This document shows, one piece after another, positions 9,278 to 17,497 of a stretch of 64,000 bases of DNA (position 1 is the stretch's first letter; each line of letters starts with the position of its first letter). Origin of the DNA: Bacteroidia bacterium (GTDB lineage Bacteria > Bacteroidota > Bacteroidia > Bacteroidales > VadinHA17). Location: NCBI GenBank assembly GCA_026391555.1, contig JAPLEB010000105.1, positions 9,356-73,355 of the forward strand, in the 5' to 3' direction. The notes under the pieces were generated by a model. It ran no database searches, had not been told where the DNA came from, and was given only the letters and a program-made list of their open reading frames with translations. The position numbers were made by a program, and so were the translations under genes.

Positions 9278-9300
9278 GGACAGGTCGCGACCTGTCCCTA
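9275..9300. terminator. 26-bp perfect palindrome (bidirectional terminator candidate) that includes both convergent stop codons
   Basis: tagggacaggtcgcgacctgtcccta. TAG of the plus-strand gene is 9275-9277; cta at 9298-9300 is the TAG of the minus-strand gene. Confidence 0.6.
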
Positions 9301-10698
9301 CACATCGTACTCCTGTCCTTTAGCCGGAATTTCAATATTTTTATAACCCTCATTCATTAGTGAAGCAGCATATTTTTTCTGTGTTTCATACTCACCATGA
9401 ACAATAAAGGTCTTCTCTAAGGCACTCTTATCCTGACAACTTAAAAAGCTGATCATTTCCTTATAATCTCCATGACCACTGAATGATTCGATTTTTTTCA
9501 CTTCAGCTCTTACTTCATAAACAGTTCCATGTATGGAAACCTCTTTATCCCCTCTGACTATTCTTGCTCCCAGTGTTGTTGGTGCACAATATCCCACAAT
9601 AAGAATGGTGTTCTTAGTATCCGATATATTATTTGCCAGATGATGTTTTACACGTCCGGCTTCCATCATACCTGAGGCAGAAATAATTACACAAGGCTTC
9701 TTGTGGTCGTTAAGTTTTTTTGAATCTTCAACCTTTGTGATATAAAACAGATTATCAAAACCAAAGGGATCAGGATCTGTTTCCAAAACATGGAGAAAAT
9801 TCTTATTGTAACATTCTGGATGCATCCTGAAGACTGTTGTCGCGTTTACTGCAAGAGGACTATCGACAAAAATATCAATTTTAGGCAGCCGACCCTGGTT
9901 AAAAAAGTTATTAAGGGCAAAAACAATCTCCTGTGTGCGTCCAACGCTGAAAGCAGGGATGATAAGCTTGCCACCTTTAGTTACACAGGTATCTACAACT
10001 ACCTTAAGAAGATCTTCTTCAGCCACCTGAACATCGTGATGCAACCTGTCTCCATAAGTTGATTCGGTAATAAGGATATCGGCCTGGGGAAAAGGCTGTG
10101 GTGTGGCGAGAATAGGGTCAACCGGCCTGCCAATATCTCCTGTGTAGGCTATCCTCTTAATCTGCCCGTTTTCGATAATCTGAAGATTTGCTACCCCGCT
10201 GCCAAGCATATGGCCGGTGTTTGTAAACTTAACCTTTATGTTTTCGTCAATCCTGAACTTCATTTCATTTGGTACTCCGATAAAGAGACTCATGCATTCA
10301 GTTGCATCGGCTTGTGTATAAATCGGGGTCACAAGGGGAATTCCATTTTTAGCTCTGCGTTTATTGAATGTAAGTGTATCATGTTCCTGTATAAAACCGG
10401 AATCGGCAAGCATTATGGCACAAAGATCGCGTGTTGCATTTGAACAGACCACAGATCCCCTGAAACCCATCTTGTACATATAAGGTATCAGTCCGGCATG
10501 ATCTATATGGGCATGAGTAAGAATTATATGATCTATCCGGGAAGGGTCGAACATCAGGTCCCTGTTCATACCATCGGTTTCGAGTCCTTTACCCTGGAAC
10601 ATACCGCAATCGAGTAGTATCCTTTTTCCTAAGTTTGTAGTTATAAGATGTTTACTTCCTGTAACCTCCCTCGCAGCGCCTATAAATTTGATTTTCAT
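9298..10698 (-). CDS. MBL-fold beta-CASP hydrolase (RNA-metabolising metallo-beta-lactamase family)
   Basis: HAHIDHAG zinc motif, N-terminal FIGAAREVTGSKHLI, and the length and C-terminal GHGDYKE pattern typical of beta-CASP proteins. Confidence 0.85.
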   Translation of the reverse strand: MKIKFIGAAREVTGSKHLITTNLGKRILLDCGMFQGKGLETDGMNRDLMFDPSRIDHIILTHAHIDHAGLIPYMYKMGFRGSVVCSNATRDLCAIMLADSGFIQEHDTLTFNKRRAKNGIPLVTPIYTQADATECMSLFIGVPNEMKFRIDENIKVKFTNTGHMLGSGVANLQIIENGQIKRIAYTGDIGRPVDPILATPQPFPQADILITESTYGDRLHHDVQVAEEDLLKVVVDTCVTKGGKLIIPAFSVGRTQEIVFALNNFFNQGRLPKIDIFVDSPLAVNATTVFRMHPECYNKNFLHVLETDPDPFGFDNLFYITKVEDSKKLNDHKKPCVIISASGMMEAGRVKHHLANNISDTKNTILIVGYCAPTTLGARIVRGDKEVSIHGTVYEVRAEVKKIESFSGHGDYKEMISFLSCQDKSALEKTFIVHGEYETQKKYAASLMNEGYKNIEIPAKGQEYDV

Positions 10699-10819
10699 AA
10701 TGTTGTAGAATATATTGGATTTTTATTATCAAAACTTATGGATTTAAAGATAATGAATTATTTCAAGAAGGCGACTGAAGACAGAGATACCAGGTAGTCT
10801 CATTTTTAAGTTAACATTA

Positions 10820-12136
10820 TTAAACAAAAAGACTCAGTACCATCACTCCTATCAATCCGGTAATACCTATTGATGTTTCCATTACAGTCCAGGTTTTCAA
10901 TGTATCTTTAATGCTAAGATTGAAGTATTCTTTAAAGAGCCAGAATCCACCATCATTCACATGCCCCAGCATAAGACTTCCTGAACCAATTGCGAGCACC
11001 ATTAACTCAGGTTTTACGGCTCCTCCGGAGACCAATGGCAGAATTATACCTGCAGTGGTAATGCCTGCCACTGTAGCCGAGCCTACACAAAAGCGCAAGA
11101 TAGTCGCGATAAGCCAACCAAGAAACAAAGGGGAAAGAGTAGATTGACTCAACAATTCGCCAATATATTTACTTACTCCTCCATCAACCAGAACTTGTTT
11201 TAAAGCGCCGGCACCGGCAATAAGGAGCATAATCATTGTGATACTGATTACCGAATGAGACAGGGAACTCATAATATCAGTTATTTTTCTTCCCCTGGCC
11301 AGTCCGAGTGTATAAATAGCAAATAAAACAGATAGCAGCATGGCAATAACCGGATTCCCGATATATCCCAACACTTTTCTGACCTCATTATCCTCTGTCA
11401 GCATGAATCCGGCAATGGTTGAAATAGTGATCAGGATAACCGGAAACAGGGCAGAAAAAAAACTTACCCAGAAGCCTGGCATCTCTTCGTTGGTTAAACC
11501 TTTCTGATTTATAAATTCCTGCAACGGTTTAGCCTCTATTTTACTAAGCACTTTTGACAGTACAGGTCCGGAAATGACTATTGCAGGAATTGCAACAATT
11601 ATTCCGTATACTAACGTTTTTCCCATATCTGCATTGAACATTGCTGTAATCGCTGTCGGAGCAGGATGAGGAGGCAGATAACCATGAGTGACAGAAAGTG
11701 CGGCTAACATCGGTAAGCCGACATATAATAATGGAAGACCGGTTGAAGCCGCGACTGTAAATACAAGTGGGATCATAATAAAAAATCCAACATCGTAAAA
11801 CAGAGAAACACCCACAATAAAACCTGTCAGCATTAAAGCCAGTTGTATGTGTTTTAAACCGAAAGCCTGTACCAGCCTTGAAGTTATTTTCTGTGCTGCA
11901 CCGCTTTCTGAAACCAGTTTACCAAGCATGGCGCCGAAACCAAGTATCAATACAAGAAAGCCCATTGTATTCCCAATTCCGTTTTCTATTGAGATAACCG
12001 CTTTGTCAAGGGGCATTCCTTCAGCAAGGGCAACCGCGAGAGAGACAATAACAAATGATAAAAATGAATTGAATTTTACTACGAGGATCAGGAAAAGCAG
12101 AAGGCAAATTCCCAGGATAACTATGAGTAGCGGCAT
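10820..12136 (-). CDS. GntP-family permease (gluconate/sugar-acid:H+ symporter)
   Basis: 438 aa, about 12 TM segments, with GntP-like blocks (GNTMGFLVLILGFGAMLGKL, GLPLLYVGLPMLAALSVTHGYLPPHPAP, GHVNDGGFWLFKEYF). Confidence 0.9.
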   Translation of the reverse strand: MPLLIVILGICLLLFLILVVKFNSFLSFVIVSLAVALAEGMPLDKAVISIENGIGNTMGFLVLILGFGAMLGKLVSESGAAQKITSRLVQAFGLKHIQLALMLTGFIVGVSLFYDVGFFIMIPLVFTVAASTGLPLLYVGLPMLAALSVTHGYLPPHPAPTAITAMFNADMGKTLVYGIIVAIPAIVISGPVLSKVLSKIEAKPLQEFINQKGLTNEEMPGFWVSFFSALFPVILITISTIAGFMLTEDNEVRKVLGYIGNPVIAMLLSVLFAIYTLGLARGRKITDIMSSLSHSVISITMIMLLIAGAGALKQVLVDGGVSKYIGELLSQSTLSPLFLGWLIATILRFCVGSATVAGITTAGIILPLVSGGAVKPELMVLAIGSGSLMLGHVNDGGFWLFKEYFNLSIKDTLKTWTVMETSIGITGLIGVMVLSLFV

Positions 12137-12154
12137 AATTCGGAATATATTAAG

Positions 12155-12214
12155 TTACAGATTACAGATTACAGATTACAGATTACAGATTACAGATTAC
12201 TACCTACTACCTGC
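12155..12214. repeat. Heptamer tandem repeat: (TTACAGA/GATTACA) x6 followed by tacctac/tacctgc units
   Basis: Read directly: ttacaga x6 from 12155 to 12196, then ttac tacctac tacctgc. It lies in the 88-nt spacer between the Gfo/Idh/MocA stop (12225) and the gntP-like start (12136). Confidence 0.95.
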
Positions 12215-12224
12215 TGCCAAATTC

Positions 12225-13319
12225 CTATTCCGGTTTCAGTGGAAATTTAACAGGCAGATTATCACGGGAAGAACGGTAGATTGCAGTAAAAAGTTCCACA
12301 GTTCTGCGACCTGCTTCCCCGGTTACAGATGGCTCATTATTATTCTCTATTGCATTAATAAAATCTTCAATCTGGTACTGTATATAGCGGACAGTAGGAT
12401 CGCAATTATTAAAAGTTTCCGTATCCTGTATTATCCATTCTTTCAGCATATTTTCTTCACCGGGAATTGTCCACAGATCATTTACAGGAGGTTCGGCAAC
12501 ACCTGTCCTGCCCGCGATGAACATTGCCCCACCATCGGTCTGGACACCGGCGGAAGCACCATTTTCACCATGCACATGTACTTTCCCGTAAAGACCGGGC
12601 TTTTGAGAGTTACTGACGAGTATATTCCCTATTGCACCGTTTTTAAACTTCACTATTGCAATAGCTGTATCGTCAACCTCAATGTAGGGATGATTCAGAT
12701 TTCTCCAGATTCCGTACACTTCGTCAATTTCACCCATATACCATAAAAGAATGTCGAGCTGATGGGGTGACTGGTTAACGAGCACCCCGCCACCTTCCGT
12801 TTTCCATGAACCTCTCCAGTCATCAGAATTATAGTAAGCTTTATCACGCCAACCCAACATTGTTACGGTTGCCAGAACAGGTTTCCCTATCTTGCCCTGT
12901 TCAATTGCCTCCCTGACTCTTTTCACCGGTTCGTACCACCTCCGCTGACTTATCACACCTAACCTGACCTGGCTTTCTTTACATGTTCTTATAATGTCAT
13001 CGCAATCATGAAGATCAGAAGCAAGTGGTTTCTCAACCAGTACATTAGCTCCTGCTTTTGCAGCTTCTACGGCAGGTTGCAAATGAAAAGGATGGGCCGT
13101 GCAGACAATCACGAGGTCAACACTGTTATCAGTCACCATCCGCGAAATATCTGAATAAGCCTGCGTTTTGTAAACTGAAGCAAAATCTTTTGCTGTCTGG
13201 GTTGTTCTGCTCCACACTCCCGCCAGACGTGCATTGGGAATACTCTTAATAGCTTTTGCATGCAGATGGGCCACTTTACTGCATCCGGCAATTGAAATAT
13301 TATAAATCCTCTCAGCCAT
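12225..13319 (-). CDS. Gfo/Idh/MocA-family NAD(P)-dependent oxidoreductase
   Basis: N-terminal Rossmann segment ISIAGCSKVAHLHAKAI, EKPLA motif (VLVEKPLASD) and the C-terminal alpha/beta domain pattern. Confidence 0.85.
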   Translation of the reverse strand: MAERIYNISIAGCSKVAHLHAKAIKSIPNARLAGVWSRTTQTAKDFASVYKTQAYSDISRMVTDNSVDLVIVCTAHPFHLQPAVEAAKAGANVLVEKPLASDLHDCDDIIRTCKESQVRLGVISQRRWYEPVKRVREAIEQGKIGKPVLATVTMLGWRDKAYYNSDDWRGSWKTEGGGVLVNQSPHQLDILLWYMGEIDEVYGIWRNLNHPYIEVDDTAIAIVKFKNGAIGNILVSNSQKPGLYGKVHVHGENGASAGVQTDGGAMFIAGRTGVAEPPVNDLWTIPGEENMLKEWIIQDTETFNNCDPTVRYIQYQIEDFINAIENNNEPSVTGEAGRRTVELFTAIYRSSRDNLPVKFPLKPE

Positions 13320-13331
13320 TTTATTAAAAAA

Positions 13332-14363
13332 TCAGGGTACAAGAATAACTTTATAAAGCTCTTCCTCTTTTCTGTAAAGTTTATTAAACCAGATAGCCCC
13401 TTCTGAAAGCGGGGCGACAGCTGAAATCTGATCATCCACACTTATCTTTCCCATATCAAGAAGATTAAGAACAACTTCATATTCACCCCTGATCGCGCAG
13501 CTGCCAAGTACTTTTAATTCCCTGGTAACAACTTTTTGAAGCGGAAAATCGACTTTAGGCGAAACATTCCCTACTAAAACAGCCTTTCCGCCTTTACGGA
13601 GAATATCAATCGCGATATTTACCGACTCGCTTTTACCAACTGCCTCAAATGATATATCTGCACCCCTGGTATTTGTAAGGATGTTTATTTTTTCAGCAAG
13701 ATTTTCTTCTGTTGAAAGGAAGGAATGGTCCGCTCCGGCTTTTTCAGCCTGTTCAAGGCGCTTTCGGTTAATATCAATTGCAATGACCTTTGAGGCACCT
13801 GACATCTTAAGAAGTTTCAGGATGAAAATCCCTATCATACCGACGCCAACCACAACACAATTATCTCCCATTTTAATTACGGAAATATTTACAGAATGAA
13901 GAGCAACGGCAACAGCTTCCACCATTGCAGCTTGTTTAAAAGTAACATTTTCAGGTATTTTGTACAGTATATGCTGAGGAATGGCAATATATTCAGCAAA
14001 GGCGCCATCTCTTTTATAGGTTCCGGGAGACACACCAAGTACTTCGCGGTTGTCGCTTAAATTATACATCCCTTCAAGAGTAAACCAGTCATCCAGAGGA
14101 TAAACCGTTGAATCGAAAGTCACCCTGTCTCCTGACTTCCAGCCTCTTACATCGGTCCCTGTTTTGACAATAACACCTGATGCCTCATGACCCATTATCA
14201 TAGGCGGGATCCTACGTCCGGTACTTCCGTCCATGCCATGAACATCTGATCCACAGATACCGCATGCCTTAACCTTTACAAGTACTTCATTACTATTAAT
14301 CTCCGGATCCGGAACATCTTTATAAACCAGCTCATTATATTTTTCAAGTACGAGAGCTTTCAT
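13332..14363 (-). CDS. Zinc-dependent medium-chain alcohol/polyol dehydrogenase (sorbitol/L-idonate/threonine dehydrogenase-like)
   Basis: GICGSDVHG, GHEASG, and VVVGVGMIGIF (GxGxxG). It is co-directional with the oxidoreductase, 12 nt apart. Confidence 0.85.
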   Translation of the reverse strand: MKALVLEKYNELVYKDVPDPEINSNEVLVKVKACGICGSDVHGMDGSTGRRIPPMIMGHEASGVIVKTGTDVRGWKSGDRVTFDSTVYPLDDWFTLEGMYNLSDNREVLGVSPGTYKRDGAFAEYIAIPQHILYKIPENVTFKQAAMVEAVAVALHSVNISVIKMGDNCVVVGVGMIGIFILKLLKMSGASKVIAIDINRKRLEQAEKAGADHSFLSTEENLAEKINILTNTRGADISFEAVGKSESVNIAIDILRKGGKAVLVGNVSPKVDFPLQKVVTRELKVLGSCAIRGEYEVVLNLLDMGKISVDDQISAVAPLSEGAIWFNKLYRKEEELYKVILVP

Positions 14364-14477
14364 GTTGATATCTTAAAGTAACCATCATAAGAATATTTTC
14401 GGGAGAAACAAAAATAGTACTTTTTATTTCCATTCAAGATTGTTTTGTGTCTTGATTTTGAGTATTTGTTTAACTAT

Positions 14478-14529
14478 GTTGTGAATTGCTTTTGCGATGG
14501 TTGTGAATTGCTTTCAGTTTGTATCTTTG
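14478..14529 (+). promoter_or_regulatory. Candidate regulated promoter: two 15-bp direct repeats (gttgtgaattgcttt) with a 22-bp period, followed by a TAnnTTTG -7 box
   Basis: Repeats lie at 14478-14492 and 14500-14514. tatctttg at 14522-14529 matches the Bacteroidota sigma-A -7 consensus TAnnTTTG. The start codon of the downstream gene is at 14584. Confidence 0.4.
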
Positions 14530-14583
14530 TCATATTGAGCACAACAAATGAATTCATAAATAAATATTTTAGAACTTCTGCTT

Positions 14584-16809
14584 ATGAAAAGAACAGGTTT
14601 GTTTTGTTATTCAGTTCTTTTTGTTATACTCGCTGTTGAACTGGTTATTCTGGCTGGTTGTAAAAAAGTCAAGGTCAGGATAGAAAGCGTAACGACCACT
14701 GAAGTAACCAATATTACATATACAACAGCTTCCAGTGGTGGCAATATAACAGATGACGGAGGCCACCTGATTACATCCAGAGGAGTATGCTGGAGTACTT
14801 CATCCGGGCCAACAATTGCCGATTCAAAAACTACTGATTCTTCCGGTACAGGTTCATTTACCAGCAGTATAACCGGACTAGAAGCCTCCACTGCTTACTA
14901 TTTAAGAGCATATGGTACAAACAGTGAAGGTACTGTATATGGTGACGAGGTGAGTTTCTCTACTTTGCAATTGGGAGCCAATCAGGTTCAGGATATTGAT
15001 GGTAATATATACAATACTATTACCATAGGCACACAGGTATGGATGAAGGAGAACCTTAAAACAACCAGGTACAGTAATGGTACAGCCATACCAAATGTTA
15101 CGGACCCTACAGCCTGGGAAAATTTAGGCACCACAGGTGCATACTGTGATTACGATAATGACCCTGCAAATTCTTCCATTTTCGGAAGATTGTATAACTA
15201 TTATGTATGTGAAAGGGTAAGTGATAACGTATGCCCTACCGGTTGGCATGTTCCCTCTGATAATGCTTGGGGAACACTCGCCATATATCTTGGCGGGACA
15301 ACAATAGCTGGTGGCAAACTTAAAGAAACCGGTACAGATCACTGGTCAGGTCCCAACACGGGAGCAACAAACGAAACCGGTTTTACGGCAATTCCAGGCG
15401 GTGCCCGTAGGAAAAGCAGTGGCCTTTTTTCCGATAAAGGAGGTGTATTATATTTGTGGGAGATACAGTTCAGCCAGTCAGTATATTTTAACCAAAGTTT
15501 GTCCTTTAATAGCAGCGGGTTGTATAGGAACGCCGTTGCCACTAATGTCACTGTCCTGGGCAATGGGTATTCCATACGTTGTATGAAGAATGATGAGATA
15601 CCAGTTCTAAATACTGCCGTTGTAACTAATATTACATCAACATCAGCCACCAGTGGAGGCAGTATAATAAGTGGAGGAACAATTTATGCAAAAGGCGTTT
15701 GCTGGAGTACATCTAACCTACCCACATTGAATGATAAAAAAACGAATGATGGTACAGGGCCAGGACCTTTCGTAAGTAACATCACGGATTTAATTGGATC
15801 CACAACATACTATGTCAGGGCATACGCTCAGGGCATTAATTACAGTTCAACTGGTTATGGCCCCGTTGTCAGTTTCACTTCAAATGATACCGAGGTTCCT
15901 GTTCTTACTACAACAGCTATCACTTCAATTACACCAGGAACTGCTAGCAGCGGTGGCAATGTTATATCAAATGGTGGATCTCCGGTTACATCAAGAGGTG
16001 TTTGCTGGAGCACTTCATCGAATCCCACAGCTTCTGATTCAAAGACCAGTGACGGGACAGGCAGTGGTTCATTTATTAGCAACTTAACAGGATTAACACC
16101 CAACACCATTTATTATTTAAAAGCTTATGCAACTAACAGTGTCGGCACAGGATATGGAAATCAAATTCAATTCAATACCAATGACTATACTGGCCAGACC
16201 GGAACAGTTAAAGATTTTGATGGAAATACTTACAAAACAATAGGAATTGGAAACCAAATATGGATGGCTGAAAACCTGAGGTCTACAAAATACAATGATG
16301 GTACAGCCATTTCTAATGTTACGGACCCTACAGCCTGGAGTAGCTTAGGCACCACAGGTGCGTACTGCTGGTATAATAATGATTCAGCCAGCTATAAGAA
16401 TGTATATGGTGCATTATACAACTGGTATGCTGTTAATACAGGTAAACTATGCCCTGTTGGCTGGCACGTTGCTGCTGATGCAGAATGGACAGTGCTTATA
16501 ACCTTTCTCGGTGGAGAAAGTATTGCCGGAGGAAAATTGAAAGAATCCGGAACCACACACTGGTTAAGCCCCAACTTAGGTGCAACCAATGAATCCGGCT
16601 TTACAGCAATGCCAGGCGGGTTACGTTATAAATTCGGAGGTGCAGTGTTTCTTTCGATGGGATCCTGGGTGAATTTTTGGACTGCCACAGATCAAATTTC
16701 CACTGAGGCAATCAGGCGTGCTTTAGTAAATACCACCAAAGAAGTGTACAGGGATGATCACAGCTCTAAGATGGACGGATATTCGGTTCGTTGTCTGAAG
16801 GATAATTAA
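14584..16809 (+). CDS. Lipoprotein with two FISUMP (Fibrobacter succinogenes major paralogous, TIGR02145-type) domains and three Ig/Fn3-like repeats
   Basis: Lipobox LILAGC. Repeats of the form T..IT.T.A.SGG.I...G..IT.RGVCWSTS..PT..D.KT.DG.G.G.F.S.ITGL...T.YY.RAY. Two blocks WM(K/A)ENL(K/R)(T/S)T(R/K)Y(S/N).GTAI...YG(R/A)LYN(Y/W)Y...CP.GWHV...W..L...GG..IAGGKLKE.GT.HW..PN.GATNE(T/S)GFTA.PGG. Confidence 0.8.
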   Translation: MKRTGLFCYSVLFVILAVELVILAGCKKVKVRIESVTTTEVTNITYTTASSGGNITDDGGHLITSRGVCWSTSSGPTIADSKTTDSSGTGSFTSSITGLEASTAYYLRAYGTNSEGTVYGDEVSFSTLQLGANQVQDIDGNIYNTITIGTQVWMKENLKTTRYSNGTAIPNVTDPTAWENLGTTGAYCDYDNDPANSSIFGRLYNYYVCERVSDNVCPTGWHVPSDNAWGTLAIYLGGTTIAGGKLKETGTDHWSGPNTGATNETGFTAIPGGARRKSSGLFSDKGGVLYLWEIQFSQSVYFNQSLSFNSSGLYRNAVATNVTVLGNGYSIRCMKNDEIPVLNTAVVTNITSTSATSGGSIISGGTIYAKGVCWSTSNLPTLNDKKTNDGTGPGPFVSNITDLIGSTTYYVRAYAQGINYSSTGYGPVVSFTSNDTEVPVLTTTAITSITPGTASSGGNVISNGGSPVTSRGVCWSTSSNPTASDSKTSDGTGSGSFISNLTGLTPNTIYYLKAYATNSVGTGYGNQIQFNTNDYTGQTGTVKDFDGNTYKTIGIGNQIWMAENLRSTKYNDGTAISNVTDPTAWSSLGTTGAYCWYNNDSASYKNVYGALYNWYAVNTGKLCPVGWHVAADAEWTVLITFLGGESIAGGKLKESGTTHWLSPNLGATNESGFTAMPGGLRYKFGGAVFLSMGSWVNFWTATDQISTEAIRRALVNTTKEVYRDDHSSKMDGYSVRCLKDN

Positions 16810-16909
16810 GGTAGTAAATGATTGGTCAGGTTGTATTTGCAGGGCGCTGTATTCCTGGAGGAGCTTTTCCTTATCTTCCACCTAATTTTGCCCACAACAT
16901 CCCCATTTT

Positions 16910-17436
16910 CTAATGAATAGCTTCTTCCAGCATTTCTTTATTTTCTGAAGCAGGGACCCACCTCCATGGATATATATGTGATCCATATTTCAGGATAAAA
17001 CTTGCAGGTGCAACAATTGGGTTGGTACCGGCTTTACGGAAGTGCATAACTGCCCGGGGCATTTGAATAGCTCTAGGAACTAAAATGAGACTATTTTTTG
17101 TCCCAAAATTCTTTACATATTCTTCCGCTTCCATTCAGGTATTTGAGGGTGTTGACTGAATGGACATAGAGGCAGAATCAATTCCAAGAATTATCGCTGT
17201 ACGGTAAAGAACAAGCGCATGTGACAACTCTGATCTTTTGCTGTAACCTGATGTGGTATGAGTCTGCTACCCCTGGTCATCCTGTGGATCCGTATTCCTT
17301 CAACCAGACACGACAGTGATATTGAGGATAACTGGTTATTAGGAGATAGGTTTTTATCATCATAGTTGTCTCCTCCAAGAACGATTATATCACATGAATC
17401 AGCGAGTTTATTTATGGATGATTCAGATAGTTGCAT
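16910..17436 (-). pseudogene. DUF218 (YdcF/SanA/ElyC-family) pseudogene with one frameshift and one in-frame TGA
   Basis: Three collinear pieces. 17436-17191: ...DIIVLGGDNYD...EGIRIHR...RLI. Shifted frame: TSGYSKRSELSHALVLYRTAIILGIDSASMSIQSTPSNT, ending at the TGA at 17135-17137. Same frame continues MEAEEYVKNFG...LILVPRAIQMPRAVMHFRKAGTNPIVAP. Joined, these reproduce the DUF218 pattern. Confidence 0.65.
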
Positions 17437-17497
17437 GATTCTGCATTTTCATGAGATGGTGATTGCAGGTACACTCCATGGCGTGTCCTAGCAGGGA

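Noticed and set aside
12155-12214. Whether the heptamer arrays (12155, 25723, 57949 and others) could be CRISPR arrays
   Set aside because: The units are contiguous 7-mers with no spacers, the arrays are only 35-65 nt long, and no cas genes are present in the window.
11847-12746. 299-aa plus-strand ORF in the track containing ...ITDYRLQITDYRLQITDYY...
   Set aside because: It runs antisense to the GntP-type permease and the Gfo/Idh/MocA gene, both of which carry clear family motifs. Its repetitive segment is simply the translation of the GATTACA heptamer array. It is a shadow ORF.
17135-17137. In-frame TGA in the DUF218 gene as possible recoding (Sec, or a TGA=Trp/Gly genetic code)
   Set aside because: TGA is used as an ordinary stop elsewhere in the window, for example at 4623-4625 and for the restored regulator at 17498-17500. 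The same gene also carries a frameshift, so a pseudogene is the simpler reading.
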